The translations under genes were made by a program, and so were the position numbers. This document shows, in pieces, positions 25,887-35,115 of a stretch of DNA of 64,000 nt. This DNA is from Anaerolineae bacterium (GTDB lineage: Bacteria > Chloroflexota > Anaerolineae > S140-20): contig JALUTT010000170.1 of the NCBI GenBank assembly GCA_027021705.1, positions 2,429 through 66,428 on the forward strand, given 5' to 3'. Numbering within the stretch: the stretch's first letter is position 1; every line of letters starts with the position of its first letter. The notes below the pieces were generated by a model. The model did not search any database, was not told the origin of the DNA, and worked only from the letters and a program-made list of their open reading frames with translations.

Positions 25887-27881
25887 CTAAACCTGTTGGG
25901 GTGCGATGGTCAGGCGCGGCATCACCATCCGTCGCTCCGCCTCAAAATCGGGCCAGCCGGCCACCAAAGTCCCTACCACGAAGATCAGCCCTCCTAGCCA
26001 CAGCCAGTTCACCAACGGGTTGATGTAGACGCGGAAGGTGGCTGTCGCTCCACCACTTTCCCAACCTGTCAGGAGCACGTAGACATCTTCGGCCATCGTG
26101 CTGCGCAAGGCCGGGATCGTCATCGTCTGCTGGGTGTTCTGATAGAACTCCCGCTTGGGGTGGACGGTCTTGAGCAGTTGGTCACCCTGGTAGATCTCCA
26201 CCGTGGCTTCGGTGACTATCAAGTCTCCGGGGCCTGGGTAGGTACGTAGCGTCCGATAGACGGTTCGGAAACCGCCGATCTCCAGCGATTCCCCAGGCCG
26301 CAAGGTCCCCTCGGTATCCTGCTGGAAGAACTCGGTGCCGATGATGCCCAGGGCCATGCAGACGACACCCAGGTGGACGATGTAGCCGCCGTAGCGCCGC
26401 CGATTCCGCCCGGCCAGCCGCCAAAAGGCCACCAGCCAAGGCTCCCCTCGGGCACGGCGCCGGGCGATCACGCCTCGGACGTACTCCCACAGGGTAGTGA
26501 CGCCCACGAAGGTCACGAGGAGGAAGCCCAGCAGTGCCCCCCAGGAGTGCACTCCCCGCAGGAAGAGGCCGATGACAACGACCACGGCGATCAGGAAGGG
26601 CCACCATAAGCTGCGTCCCAGCCGCTGGGCGGCCGTCTTCCGCCAGGCCATCAGCGGGGCGATGCCCATCAGGGCCAACAGCAGGGCGAACTGGGGTGCA
26701 GTCACTCGGTCGAACCATGGGGGACCGACGGTGATCTTCTCGCCCGTCACCAACTCAGAAACCATCGGCGAGATGGTGCCGATGAAGACCGAGAAGGTCA
26801 GGGTTATGAAGAGCATATTGTTGAGCAAAAAGGCCGCTTCCCGCGAGAGCAGGGCGTCCAGCCGGTTCTCCGACTTCAGATCGTCCAACCGCCGCAGCAA
26901 CGTGGCCACCGAGGCCACAGCCGTCACGGCGATGAAGGAGAAGAAGAGGGGGCCAACGGCTGACTGGGCAAAGGAGTGCACGGACGAGATAACGCCGCTA
27001 CGGGTGATGAAGGTGCCGAAGATCACCAATCCGTAGGTGAGAATGATCAACACCATATTCCAGACCTTCAGCATGCCCCGCTTCTCCTGAATCATCACCG
27101 AGTGCAAGAAGGCGGTGCCGGTCAGCCAGGGCATGAAGGCCGCGTTCTCCACCGGGTCCCAGGCCCAATAACCTCCCCAACCCAGCACGTCGTAGGCCCA
27201 TCGCCCGCCCAGCAGCAACCCCAAACTGAGGAAGAGCCAGGCTGCCAGCGTCCAGCGGCGGGTCACCCGGATCCAGTGGGGATCCGTGCGGCGGGTGACC
27301 AGGGCGGCCATAGCGAAGGCATAGGGGATGACGAACCCCACATAGCCTAGATAGAGCGTCGGCGGGTGAGCGACCATTCCCGGATGGCGCAGCAGCGGGT
27401 TCAGCCCTTGACCATCGGGAGGGATGAAGGAGAGCTTTTCGAAGGGGTTGGCCACAAAGGTGGTCAGGCCGACGAAGAAGACCAGGGTGCCTGCGGTCAC
27501 GAAGATGACGTGGGGCAGCAGCTCCCGGTCCTCATCCCACCGCCGAAGCATCACGATGAAGGTGAAGGAAGCCATCAGGAAGGACCAGAAGAGCAGCGAT
27601 CCGTTCTGCCCTCCCCACAAGGCGGTCACCTTCAGGAAGAGGGGCATATCCCGGCTGGAAGTGGTGGCGACGTATTTGAGCTGGAAGTCTCCCACCACCA
27701 GCGCGTAGATGAGAGTGAGGGAAGAGAGGCCGAGGAGGGGGGCCAAGGTCATCGTAGCGTGCCGGGCGCTGTTGACCCACCGCTCCTCTCCCTTGAAGAA
27801 GCCGTACAGGGAAGCGATGGTGGCGTAGACGGCCCCCACCAGAGCCGTCACCATCGCGAGGTAGCCTACGTCAGGAATCAT
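25887..27881 (-). CDS. ccmF: Heme lyase CcmF
   Basis: WGGQNGSLLFW, GLNPLL, HPPTLYLG, WAYDVLGWGGYWAWDPVEN, SVHSF. Confidence 0.95.
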   Translation of the reverse strand: MIPDVGYLAMVTALVGAVYATIASLYGFFKGEERWVNSARHATMTLAPLLGLSSLTLIYALVVGDFQLKYVATTSSRDMPLFLKVTALWGGQNGSLLFWSFLMASFTFIVMLRRWDEDRELLPHVIFVTAGTLVFFVGLTTFVANPFEKLSFIPPDGQGLNPLLRHPGMVAHPPTLYLGYVGFVIPYAFAMAALVTRRTDPHWIRVTRRWTLAAWLFLSLGLLLGGRWAYDVLGWGGYWAWDPVENAAFMPWLTGTAFLHSVMIQEKRGMLKVWNMVLIILTYGLVIFGTFITRSGVISSVHSFAQSAVGPLFFSFIAVTAVASVATLLRRLDDLKSENRLDALLSREAAFLLNNMLFITLTFSVFIGTISPMVSELVTGEKITVGPPWFDRVTAPQFALLLALMGIAPLMAWRKTAAQRLGRSLWWPFLIAVVVVIGLFLRGVHSWGALLGFLLVTFVGVTTLWEYVRGVIARRRARGEPWLVAFWRLAGRNRRRYGGYIVHLGVVCMALGIIGTEFFQQDTEGTLRPGESLEIGGFRTVYRTLRTYPGPGDLIVTEATVEIYQGDQLLKTVHPKREFYQNTQQTMTIPALRSTMAEDVYVLLTGWESGGATATFRVYINPLVNWLWLGGLIFVVGTLVAGWPDFEAERRMVMPRLTIAPQQV

Positions 27882-27926
27882 TGGATCCTTCTCCTTAAGA
27901 TGTTGTCCCCCACAGCCTTCCCCGTC

Positions 27927-28451
27927 CTACCCTTTACTCTGGGAAGGTATATCTTCTTCGTAACGGGTCGGGCACTTCAGGAGCAGTTCGTCGGCGTAGA
28001 AGATCCCGTCTTCGCCGAGCTTGCCGGTGACGATCGCCTGGGCCTCGTGTTGCATCAAGTCCGGCTTGGGACCGTGATAGCGGACGGTGAGCCGAGGGAC
28101 CTGAGGATCGCTGACTGCCTGGCGGAGGACAACGGCCAACCCACCGGCGGCTTCGATCTCCTTGTTGGAACCCGGGACGTGCGCGATGGTGAACTCCAGA
28201 TCCAGGTTCTGGGCATCGTACACGATGGTGTCCCCGATGACCGCACCGGAGACGCGCACCTGGCGGCCCTGAAGCTCATCACGCCGGGCCAGGAGTTCTT
28301 CGACGGTGAGGAAGTACTCGGCGTGGGCCCCGAAGCTGCTGACGATGAGGTAGGCCACCGCTGCTAGGATGATCAGACCACCCACGTAGAATTTGGCCCG
28401 GGATCTGCCGGCGGTCTGGAGTTCAGTCTTGGGCACAGTCGCTTCCTGCAT
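27927..28451 (-). CDS. ccmE: Heme chaperone CcmE, CxxxY variant
   Basis: N-terminal TM, VRVSG, YHGPKPD, and LLLKCPTRY (Cys in place of the canonical His of HxxxY). Confidence 0.9.
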   Translation of the reverse strand: MQEATVPKTELQTAGRSRAKFYVGGLIILAAVAYLIVSSFGAHAEYFLTVEELLARRDELQGRQVRVSGAVIGDTIVYDAQNLDLEFTIAHVPGSNKEIEAAGGLAVVLRQAVSDPQVPRLTVRYHGPKPDLMQHEAQAIVTGKLGEDGIFYADELLLKCPTRYEEDIPSQSKG

Positions 28452-28571
28452 TGAGATCCTCCCACAGTCACTGGAGCAAAGCGTGATCCTTCACGCCTTT
28501 ACGCTTCACGGGTTACCTCGACACGGTTCCTTTGCCCGCGTAGACCTCCGAGGTCCGCCAGAGGTCCGAGT

Positions 28572-29576
28572 CTATGACACCCGCTGGTCCAGGGGCTTGG
28601 CCCGGGTGCCACAACGGGGGCAGAAACGGTCTTCCACGGCGAGAGGCGTGCCGCACTGGTGGCAGAAGCCTCCACCTTGGTCCGAGACGGAGGTCCTCGG
28701 AAGGGCCGGCGCTTTGCGCCGACGTCCTCGCGAGCTCCGTCGTGGCCTCGGAGGTGGGGATGGTGCTGCTGTTGCCATTGTGCGCTGGGTCCACACCCAC
28801 CAGATGCCCCCGACGACGATGAGGATCACGGCGACCCCGATCAGGGCTGCGCCCAGGATGGATCGGACGGAGATGCGCTGAGAGGAGGGGGTGGAAGAGG
28901 ATGGCCCGGCCACCGGCTCACTCTGCACAGGCGGCGGCATCGCTGAGATGGTGAGGCGATCGTCGGGCTTTTGGTAGGCCACGGTGACCTGGAGGGTCTC
29001 ATCGGCCTGCAGGCTCCCAACCTGCCACCGATGGATGGTGACTCCTTCAGGCCCCGGCGCGGCTTCGGGAAAGGGAGGGGTCAGCGTGACATTCGTCGCG
29101 GAGAGGGGCTCCTTGAAGACGAGGACCATCTCCTGGATCGGGTAGTCACCCGGCCAGGTGAAGGTGTAGCGGCGCTCGTCGCCCTGGCGTTCCAGGGGTG
29201 CATAGTACTCGACTTGGAAGGCGGGCTGATCCATCGTAGCGCGGATGAGGAGCCAATCCCCTACCGGTTCGGTTTCGTAAGGTGCGTTGAGGAGCTCTCC
29301 GCGCTCGTTGGCCACGGCCACCGCTGTCGGCCCCCCCGCATCCGCGGGGATCCGCAGTTCCACTGTAATGGGCAGCGTCACCTCGTCCGCCAGTCGGCCC
29401 CGGTAGATGACCAGCATCGAGGACCGATCGTATTCCGGCCACAGCTCAACGATCAGCGAAACCAGGGAGACCGATGGCAACTGCGCCCACGCTAGGGCGG
29501 CTTGGGGGATCAGCATACCCCCGATGAGCAGGAGCGTCAAGATCACGGTCTGTCGTCGCATCACGGACCCGTTCAA
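28572..29576 (-). CDS. Membrane protein with extracytoplasmic domain and C-terminal zinc ribbon
   Basis: Signal peptide, LWPEYD domain, TM, FCHQCG...FCPRCG. First gene of the ccm transcript; start may be ATG 29561. Confidence 0.7.
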   Translation of the reverse strand: MNGSVMRRQTVILTLLLIGGMLIPQAALAWAQLPSVSLVSLIVELWPEYDRSSMLVIYRGRLADEVTLPITVELRIPADAGGPTAVAVANERGELLNAPYETEPVGDWLLIRATMDQPAFQVEYYAPLERQGDERRYTFTWPGDYPIQEMVLVFKEPLSATNVTLTPPFPEAAPGPEGVTIHRWQVGSLQADETLQVTVAYQKPDDRLTISAMPPPVQSEPVAGPSSSTPSSQRISVRSILGAALIGVAVILIVVGGIWWVWTQRTMATAAPSPPPRPRRSSRGRRRKAPALPRTSVSDQGGGFCHQCGTPLAVEDRFCPRCGTRAKPLDQRVS

Positions 29577-29654
29577 CGTTGAGGGGCCGGCTGGGTGGGG
29601 GATTCATACCACCTAAATTGGCCAATCTGGACCGGCTCCGTTATGTTGGACCTG

Positions 29655-29683
29655 ATTATACCACACAACAGGGAGGGCTTCAA
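29655..29683 (-). promoter_or_regulatory. Sigma70-type promoter of the ccm cluster
   Basis: Minus strand TTGAAG-N17-TATAAT with TG extension. Confidence 0.65.
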
Positions 29684-29816
29684 CCCGCCATTGTGCGGAT
29701 TTTCTCTTACTCGAAAGGGTAGAAGGTGGTAAGGGAGGGCGGTGTGTGGTACAATATCGGGGACGTCGTTCCGGCGCGAGCGGACCTGCGGCCTTCTGGC
29801 CTATCTGCCGTCGGTC

Positions 29817-29936
29817 GTATCTATTCAGCCTACCCTCCCGCAGGTCACCGGTCGAGGGCACTTTCAGCCCCGATGGGCTATTTGAAGCACGGTTTCGCGT
29901 CGGAAACGCGCCTAGCCTGCGGGAGGGTGACAGTTA
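29817..29936 (+). mobile_element. MITE-like element, copy 2, in the metG leader
   Basis: Homologous to copy 1. Direct repeat GTCGGTC at 29810-29816 and 29937-29943. Lies between TGnTACAAT (29750-29755) and the metG start. Confidence 0.85.
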
Positions 29937-29986
29937 GTCGGTCTGGCTGCCGTCGGTTTGTCTGCTGCTCACAAGGGGAGGAGAAG

Positions 29987-31768
29987 ATGGCGCGCAACAT
30001 CCTGGTGGCCGTTGCCTGGCCTTACGCTTCCGCCAACATCCACGTGGGAAACCTGGGGGGCGCTTACCTGCCGGCCGACATCTACGCCCGCTACCACCGA
30101 CTGGCCGGCGACCGGGTCCTGATGGTCTCCGGCTCCGACAGCCACGGCACCCCCATCACCGTGGCCGCCGACCGGGAGGGCGTGCACCCCCGCGATCTCT
30201 TCGAGCGCTACCACCGCCACTTCCTGGACCTCTTCGTGGCGATGGGGTTGAGCTACGACCTCTTCACCCACACCGACACGGAGAACCACCACCGGGTGGC
30301 CCAGGACATCTTCCTGCGGCTGCACGAGAACGGCTTCCTCCTGCGCAAGCGGGAGAAACAGCTCTATTCCACCACCGAGGGCCGCTTCCTGCCCGACCGC
30401 TACGTGGAGGGCACCTGCCCCTTCTGCGGCTACGAGCACGCCCGGGGCGACCAGTGCGAGCACTGCGGTCGGCTGATGGACCCCCTGGAGCTGATCAACC
30501 CCCGCAGCCGCATTGACGGCAGCACCCCCATCGTGCGGGAGACAGAGCACTTCTACCTCAATCTGCCCGCCTTCAGCGAGGCCCTCAAAGCCTGGCTCCA
30601 GGCCGGCAAGGCCCACTGGCGGCCCCAGGTCCTCAACTTCGCCCGCAACATGGTCGAGCAGGGGCTCCAGCCCCGCCCCATCACCCGCGATCTGGACTGG
30701 GGCATCCCGGTTCCCCTCCCCGGCTGGGAGGGCAAGTGCCTCTACGTTTGGTTCGAGGCGGTGATCGGCTACCTCTCCGCCTCCATCGAGTGGGCTCAAC
30801 ACCGGGGGACGCCCGAGGTCTGGAAGGATTGGTGGTACGACCCCGAGGCCCGCACCACCTACTTCATCGGCAAGGACAACATCGTCTTCCACGCCGTCAT
30901 CTGGCCGGCCCAACTGATGGGCACCGTCCGCCTCTACGAGGATGACCCCGACCGGCGTCTCAACCTCCCCTGGCACGTCCCGGCCAACGAGTTCGTCACC
31001 CTGGAGGGGCGGAAGATCTCCGGCAGCCGCAACTGGGCCATCTGGGTGGACGATTACCTGACCCGCTACGACCCCGACCCGCTGCGCTACTACCTGACGG
31101 CCAACGCGCCGGAGACGCGGGACACCGACTTCTCCTGGGCCGACTTCCTGCGCCGCAACAACGACGAACTGGTCGCCACCTGGGGCAACCTGGTCCACCG
31201 CACCCTCAACTTCGCCTACCGGAACTTCGAGGGGCGGATCCCCATCCCCGGCTTGATGGACCAGCGGGACGTGGAGCTGCTGGCGACCATAGACGTCGCC
31301 TTCAAGCCCATCGGCCGGCTCATCGAGGTCGCCCAGTTCAAGGCCGCCCTGAGCGAGGTGATGGCTCTGGCCCGCCAGGTCAACGCCTACTTGGACGAGA
31401 AGAGCCCCTGGTTCCAGATCAAGGAGGACCGGCAGGCGGCCGGCACGACCATCTACGTGGCATTGCGGGCCATTGATTCCCTCAAGGTCCTCTTCTCTCC
31501 CTTCCTCCCCTTCTCCAGCCAGCGGCTCCACGAGATGCTGGGTTATGAGGGGACCATCATCGGCGAGCAGCGGATCGAACTCTACCGGGAGCGGGAGCGG
31601 ACCCACCTGGCCCTGACCTACGACGGCAGCCGGTTGGCGGCGTCGTGGAAGGCCAGCGAACTGCCGGCCGGTCAGCCCCTGGCCAAGCCCAAGCCCCTCT
31701 TCAAGAAGCTGGACGAGTCCATCGTTGAGGAAGAGTTGGCCCGGCTGCGAGCCGGAAGTGCTGGGTAG
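29987..31768 (+). CDS. metG: Methionine--tRNA ligase
   Basis: AWPYA..HVGN (HIGH-like), GSDSHG, zinc knuckle CPFCG..GDQCEHCG, RDLDWG, YVWFEA, GKDN, KISGS (KMSKS-like); GGAGGAG RBS; start ATG 29987. Confidence 0.95.
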   Translation: MARNILVAVAWPYASANIHVGNLGGAYLPADIYARYHRLAGDRVLMVSGSDSHGTPITVAADREGVHPRDLFERYHRHFLDLFVAMGLSYDLFTHTDTENHHRVAQDIFLRLHENGFLLRKREKQLYSTTEGRFLPDRYVEGTCPFCGYEHARGDQCEHCGRLMDPLELINPRSRIDGSTPIVRETEHFYLNLPAFSEALKAWLQAGKAHWRPQVLNFARNMVEQGLQPRPITRDLDWGIPVPLPGWEGKCLYVWFEAVIGYLSASIEWAQHRGTPEVWKDWWYDPEARTTYFIGKDNIVFHAVIWPAQLMGTVRLYEDDPDRRLNLPWHVPANEFVTLEGRKISGSRNWAIWVDDYLTRYDPDPLRYYLTANAPETRDTDFSWADFLRRNNDELVATWGNLVHRTLNFAYRNFEGRIPIPGLMDQRDVELLATIDVAFKPIGRLIEVAQFKAALSEVMALARQVNAYLDEKSPWFQIKEDRQAAGTTIYVALRAIDSLKVLFSPFLPFSSQRLHEMLGYEGTIIGEQRIELYRERERTHLALTYDGSRLAASWKASELPAGQPLAKPKPLFKKLDESIVEEELARLRAGSAG

Positions 31769-31771
31769 TCG

Positions 31772-31935
31772 CTTGGTCACTCGGTCGGGTGGTCGAGTGG
31801 TCGGATGGTCGGGTGGTCCTCAGTCCTTGGTCCTTAGTCCTCGGCCCGCCGCCAGGCCGCTAGGCCGCTAGGCGCTAGGCCGCCAGGTCGCTTGGTCGTA
31901 TGCAGTCTCCACTCCTCAGTCCTCGGTCCTCGGTG
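31772..31935. repeat. Mixed degenerate 7- and 8-mer tandem repeats
   Basis: TGGTCGGG-like octamers, GTCCTCA/GTCCTTG heptamers and GCCGCTAG octamers between metG and the next gene. Confidence 0.75.
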
Positions 31936-33399
31936 CCTGATGCCCATCGCGCGGTTGGCGGTCGGTGGCCCGGTGGGGTGCTGCTCCTGATCCTCCTGGC
32001 CTACCTGGTCATCGGCTTCCTCTACGCGGCCAAGACGCCCGCCTGGCAGGTTCCCGACGAGCCGGCCCACTACAACTACATCCGCCACCTGGCGGAGACG
32101 GGCCGCTTCCCCGTCCTGGAGATGGGGGACTACGACCAGGACTACCTGGCCCGCCTCGCCGCCGAGCGCTTCCCCCCGGACCTCCCCATCGAGCCCCTGG
32201 AGTACGAGGACCATCAGCCGCCCCTCTACTACCTCCTGGCCGCGCCCCTCTACCGGCTGGCGGGGGGCAGGCTGCTCCCCTTGCGCCTCCTCTCCCTGCT
32301 GCTGGGGGCCGGCCTGATTCCCCTGGCCTACGCCGTCGCCCACACCCTCTACCCCCACCGCCCGGCCATCGCCCTGGGGACGGCAGCCTTCGTCGCCTTC
32401 CTGCCCCAGCACGTGGCGATGATGGCCGGCGTCAACAACGACGCTCTGGCCGAACTGCTCCTGGCTGCCATCCTCTGGCTGGCCCTGCGGGAGCGGCGGG
32501 GGGAGGGCCGGGGCCGGGGGGAGCGGCTGGGGCTGGGGCTGCTGCTGGGGCTAGGGCTGCTCACCAAGACGACCGTCTACGTTGCCCTGCCCGTCGTCCT
32601 GGCCGCCCTGGCCCTGCGCCGGTGGGGGGATCGCCGGGGGCTGGGGAGGGCGGCGTTCCTGGTGCTGGGGCCGGCCTTCCTGCTGGCCTTCCCCTGGTGG
32701 CTGCGCAACGTCGCCCTCTACGGATGGCCCGACTTCCTGGGGCTGATCCGGCACGACGCCGTCGTCGTCGGTCAGCCCCGCACGGCCGCTTGGATCGCCG
32801 GCCACGGCTTCGGAGGCTGGCTGAGGCGGGGTCTGCTCTTCACCTTCCAGAGCTTCTGGGGGCAGTTCGGCTGGATGGGGGTGGTGATGGACGCCCGGCT
32901 CTATCAGGGGCTGGTCCTCTTCTCGGCGCTGGCCGCCCTGGGGTGGGGGCTGGCGGTCCTGGAGGCGAGGGGCCGGCGACCGACCGCCGGGCCGGGAGGG
33001 GGTGGGCTGCTTGCCTTCGCCGCCGGGCTGACGCTGCTGAGCTACCTGGGGTACAACCTCACCTTCGTCCAGCACCAGGGCCGTTACCTCTTCCCGGCCC
33101 TGGTGCCCATCGCTCTGGCGGTAGCGCTGGGGTGGGAGCGGCTGCTGGAGCCACCGACGGCCCGGCGGGTGGCCGGGGGGCTGGTCCTCCTGCTGTTTCT
33201 GCTGGCCGGCGCGGGCCTCCTGCGGGGGGACCTGCCCCTCTGGCCGATGGGCTGGGTAGGGCTGGCCGCCGTCGGCCTGGGAGGGCTCTCCCTGGCCCCG
33301 GCGGGGCTGCGCCGCCTGACCTTCGCCCTCCCCTACCTCGCCCTCGCCCTCCTCGACCTCTACGCCCTCTTCCGCTTCATCCTGCCGGCGCTGGGCTAG
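31900..33399 (+). CDS. GT-C (GT39/PMT-like, DUF2142) polytopic glycosyltransferase
   Basis: PDEPAHYNY, HQPPLYY, VNND, SFWGQFGW, QGRYLFP; many TMs. True start is probably slightly downstream of 31900. Confidence 0.78.
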   Translation: MQSPLLSPRSSVPDAHRAVGGRWPGGVLLLILLAYLVIGFLYAAKTPAWQVPDEPAHYNYIRHLAETGRFPVLEMGDYDQDYLARLAAERFPPDLPIEPLEYEDHQPPLYYLLAAPLYRLAGGRLLPLRLLSLLLGAGLIPLAYAVAHTLYPHRPAIALGTAAFVAFLPQHVAMMAGVNNDALAELLLAAILWLALRERRGEGRGRGERLGLGLLLGLGLLTKTTVYVALPVVLAALALRRWGDRRGLGRAAFLVLGPAFLLAFPWWLRNVALYGWPDFLGLIRHDAVVVGQPRTAAWIAGHGFGGWLRRGLLFTFQSFWGQFGWMGVVMDARLYQGLVLFSALAALGWGLAVLEARGRRPTAGPGGGGLLAFAAGLTLLSYLGYNLTFVQHQGRYLFPALVPIALAVALGWERLLEPPTARRVAGGLVLLLFLLAGAGLLRGDLPLWPMGWVGLAAVGLGGLSLAPAGLRRLTFALPYLALALLDLYALFRFILPALG

Positions 33400-33489
33400 G
33401 TCCTGCTACCCCTGAATCCCTGAAGCCCCTGAGGATTTGATGAAGGCACTGACGGCCCGGCCGCCCCATCCCAGTGCCCTCAGTCCTTT

Positions 33490-33672
33490 CAGTTGATTCG
33501 TTTATTCGTTCCCCCATTCGTTGGCTCATCGGTCAACGAATTGCCAACGAATAAACGAATGTGGTCCGACGAATGCGGTCCGTGGCACCCGTTGACTCGT
33601 TGACTCGTTGACTCGCTGACTCGCTGACTCGCTGATTCGTTGATTCGTTCCCCCATTCGTTGACCGACTGAG
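33490..33672. repeat. Octamer tandem repeats plus ATTCGT/ACGAAT inverted arms
   Basis: Seven G(T/C)TGA(C/T)TC units at 33591-33646; TTCCCCCATTCGTTG duplicated near 33509 and 33648. Confidence 0.85.
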
Positions 33673-33690
33673 TCGAGGCGCAAGGGAAGG

Positions 33691-35103
33691 TCAGTAAGCG
33701 TTCCGATCCGTAAAGAGCTGAAACAGCGTGCGGACGATGATCTTGAAGTCCAGCCACAAGGACCAGTTCTCGATGTACCAGAGGTCGTATTTGGTCCGCT
33801 CGGCGATGGAGGTGTCCCCCCGCAGCCCGTTGACCTGGGCCCAGCCGGTGAGCCCCGCCTTCTCCCGGTGGCGCTCCATGTAGCGGGGGATGCTGCGCCG
33901 GAACTGGTTGACGTAGACGGGCCGCTCGGGCCGGGGGCCGACCAGGCTCATGTCGCCCAGGAGGACGTTGATCAACTGGGGAAGCTCGTCAATGGACAGC
34001 CGGCGCAGGATGCGCCCCAGCCGCGTGACCCGGGGATCCCCCGGCCGCGTCCAGCCGGGGCCGTCCGCCTCGGCGTCGGCCCGCATCGAGCGGAACTTCA
34101 GCATCATAAAGGGCCGGGCGTCCAGCCCCATCCGCTCCTGGGCGTAGAAGACCGGGCCGGGGGAGTCCAGCTTGATCAGGATGGCCGTCAGCAACATCAG
34201 CGGCGAGAGGAGGACCAGCGCCACGGCGCTGCCCACGATGTCCACCGCCCGCTTGACGGCCAGCCGCCAGCCCCGCAGGGCCACGTCCCGCACGGTGATC
34301 AGGGGCAGCCCCCCCAGGTCGCCGATGGAGACCTGGCTGGCCATGATCTGGAAGAGGTCGGGGAAGACCTTGATGCTGACGGAGCCCCGGTCGCACTGGG
34401 AGAGGAGCATCAGCAGCTCCTGGTGGGTGGCCTCGGGCAGGGCGATGATCACCTCGTTGACGTCGTACTGCTCGATCAACTCGCCCAGCCGGTCGGCGGT
34501 GCCCACCACCGGTGCGCCCACGATCTGGTTCTCCGCCCCGTTGGTGGCGACAACTCCCACCACCTCGTAGCCCAACTGGGGGGACCACCGGATCTTCTGG
34601 AGGATCATCCGGCCCACCTCCCCCGTGCCCACGATAAGCACCCGGTCAGTCCCCCATCCCTGGGCCTGGAAGTGGGCCTTGACCTTGTGGTGGACCAGCC
34701 GCCCCCCGGTCACCAGGACGATGGTCAGCAACCAGGCGTAGAGGATCATCGCCCGCGAGTAGTCCAGCTCCAGGACGCTGTTCTTGAAGACGAAGCTGGT
34801 GATGGCGACCGAGAGGAGGGTGCCGACGGAGACGCCGCCGAAGATCTGGTAGAACTCGTCAATGCGGGAGACGGCCCGGGCCAGGTGGTAGAGGCGGGTG
34901 GCGAAGAAGACGACCAGGATGGTGATCACTTGGATCACCATCATCCCCACGTAGTTGGAGAAGGGGCCGAGGTTGACCGCCTTGCTGGGCCAGTCAATCC
35001 AGAGCCGGAGCCAGTAGGCCAGGTAGAAGGCCAGGGCGGTCATTCCCGCGTCCAGCAGCACCTGGAGGATGGTGAAGAAGGCCCGAACCCGTCGCTTGCT
35101 CAT
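33691..35103 (-). CDS. Undecaprenyl-phosphate glucose phosphotransferase (WcaJ-like)
   Basis: KRAVDI, KFRSM, DPRVT, SIDELPQ, SLVGPRPE, GLTGWAQVNG, DLWYIENWS. Confidence 0.92.
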   Translation of the reverse strand: MSKRRVRAFFTILQVLLDAGMTALAFYLAYWLRLWIDWPSKAVNLGPFSNYVGMMVIQVITILVVFFATRLYHLARAVSRIDEFYQIFGGVSVGTLLSVAITSFVFKNSVLELDYSRAMILYAWLLTIVLVTGGRLVHHKVKAHFQAQGWGTDRVLIVGTGEVGRMILQKIRWSPQLGYEVVGVVATNGAENQIVGAPVVGTADRLGELIEQYDVNEVIIALPEATHQELLMLLSQCDRGSVSIKVFPDLFQIMASQVSIGDLGGLPLITVRDVALRGWRLAVKRAVDIVGSAVALVLLSPLMLLTAILIKLDSPGPVFYAQERMGLDARPFMMLKFRSMRADAEADGPGWTRPGDPRVTRLGRILRRLSIDELPQLINVLLGDMSLVGPRPERPVYVNQFRRSIPRYMERHREKAGLTGWAQVNGLRGDTSIAERTKYDLWYIENWSLWLDFKIIVRTLFQLFTDRNAY

Positions 35104-35115
35104 CTTCCTCCTCCT

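Noticed and set aside
29760..29986. T-box or SAM riboswitch upstream of metG
   Set aside because: No T-box or SAM consensus is visible. The structured part is the dispersed MITE, which also occurs next to unrelated genes in both orientations.
29969..31780. 603-aa antisense ORF opposite metG
   Set aside because: Shadow ORF caused by high-GC codon bias; no motifs.
33591..33646. Mini-CRISPR or iteron array
   Set aside because: 8-bp head-to-tail units with no spacers and no adjacent rep or cas gene.
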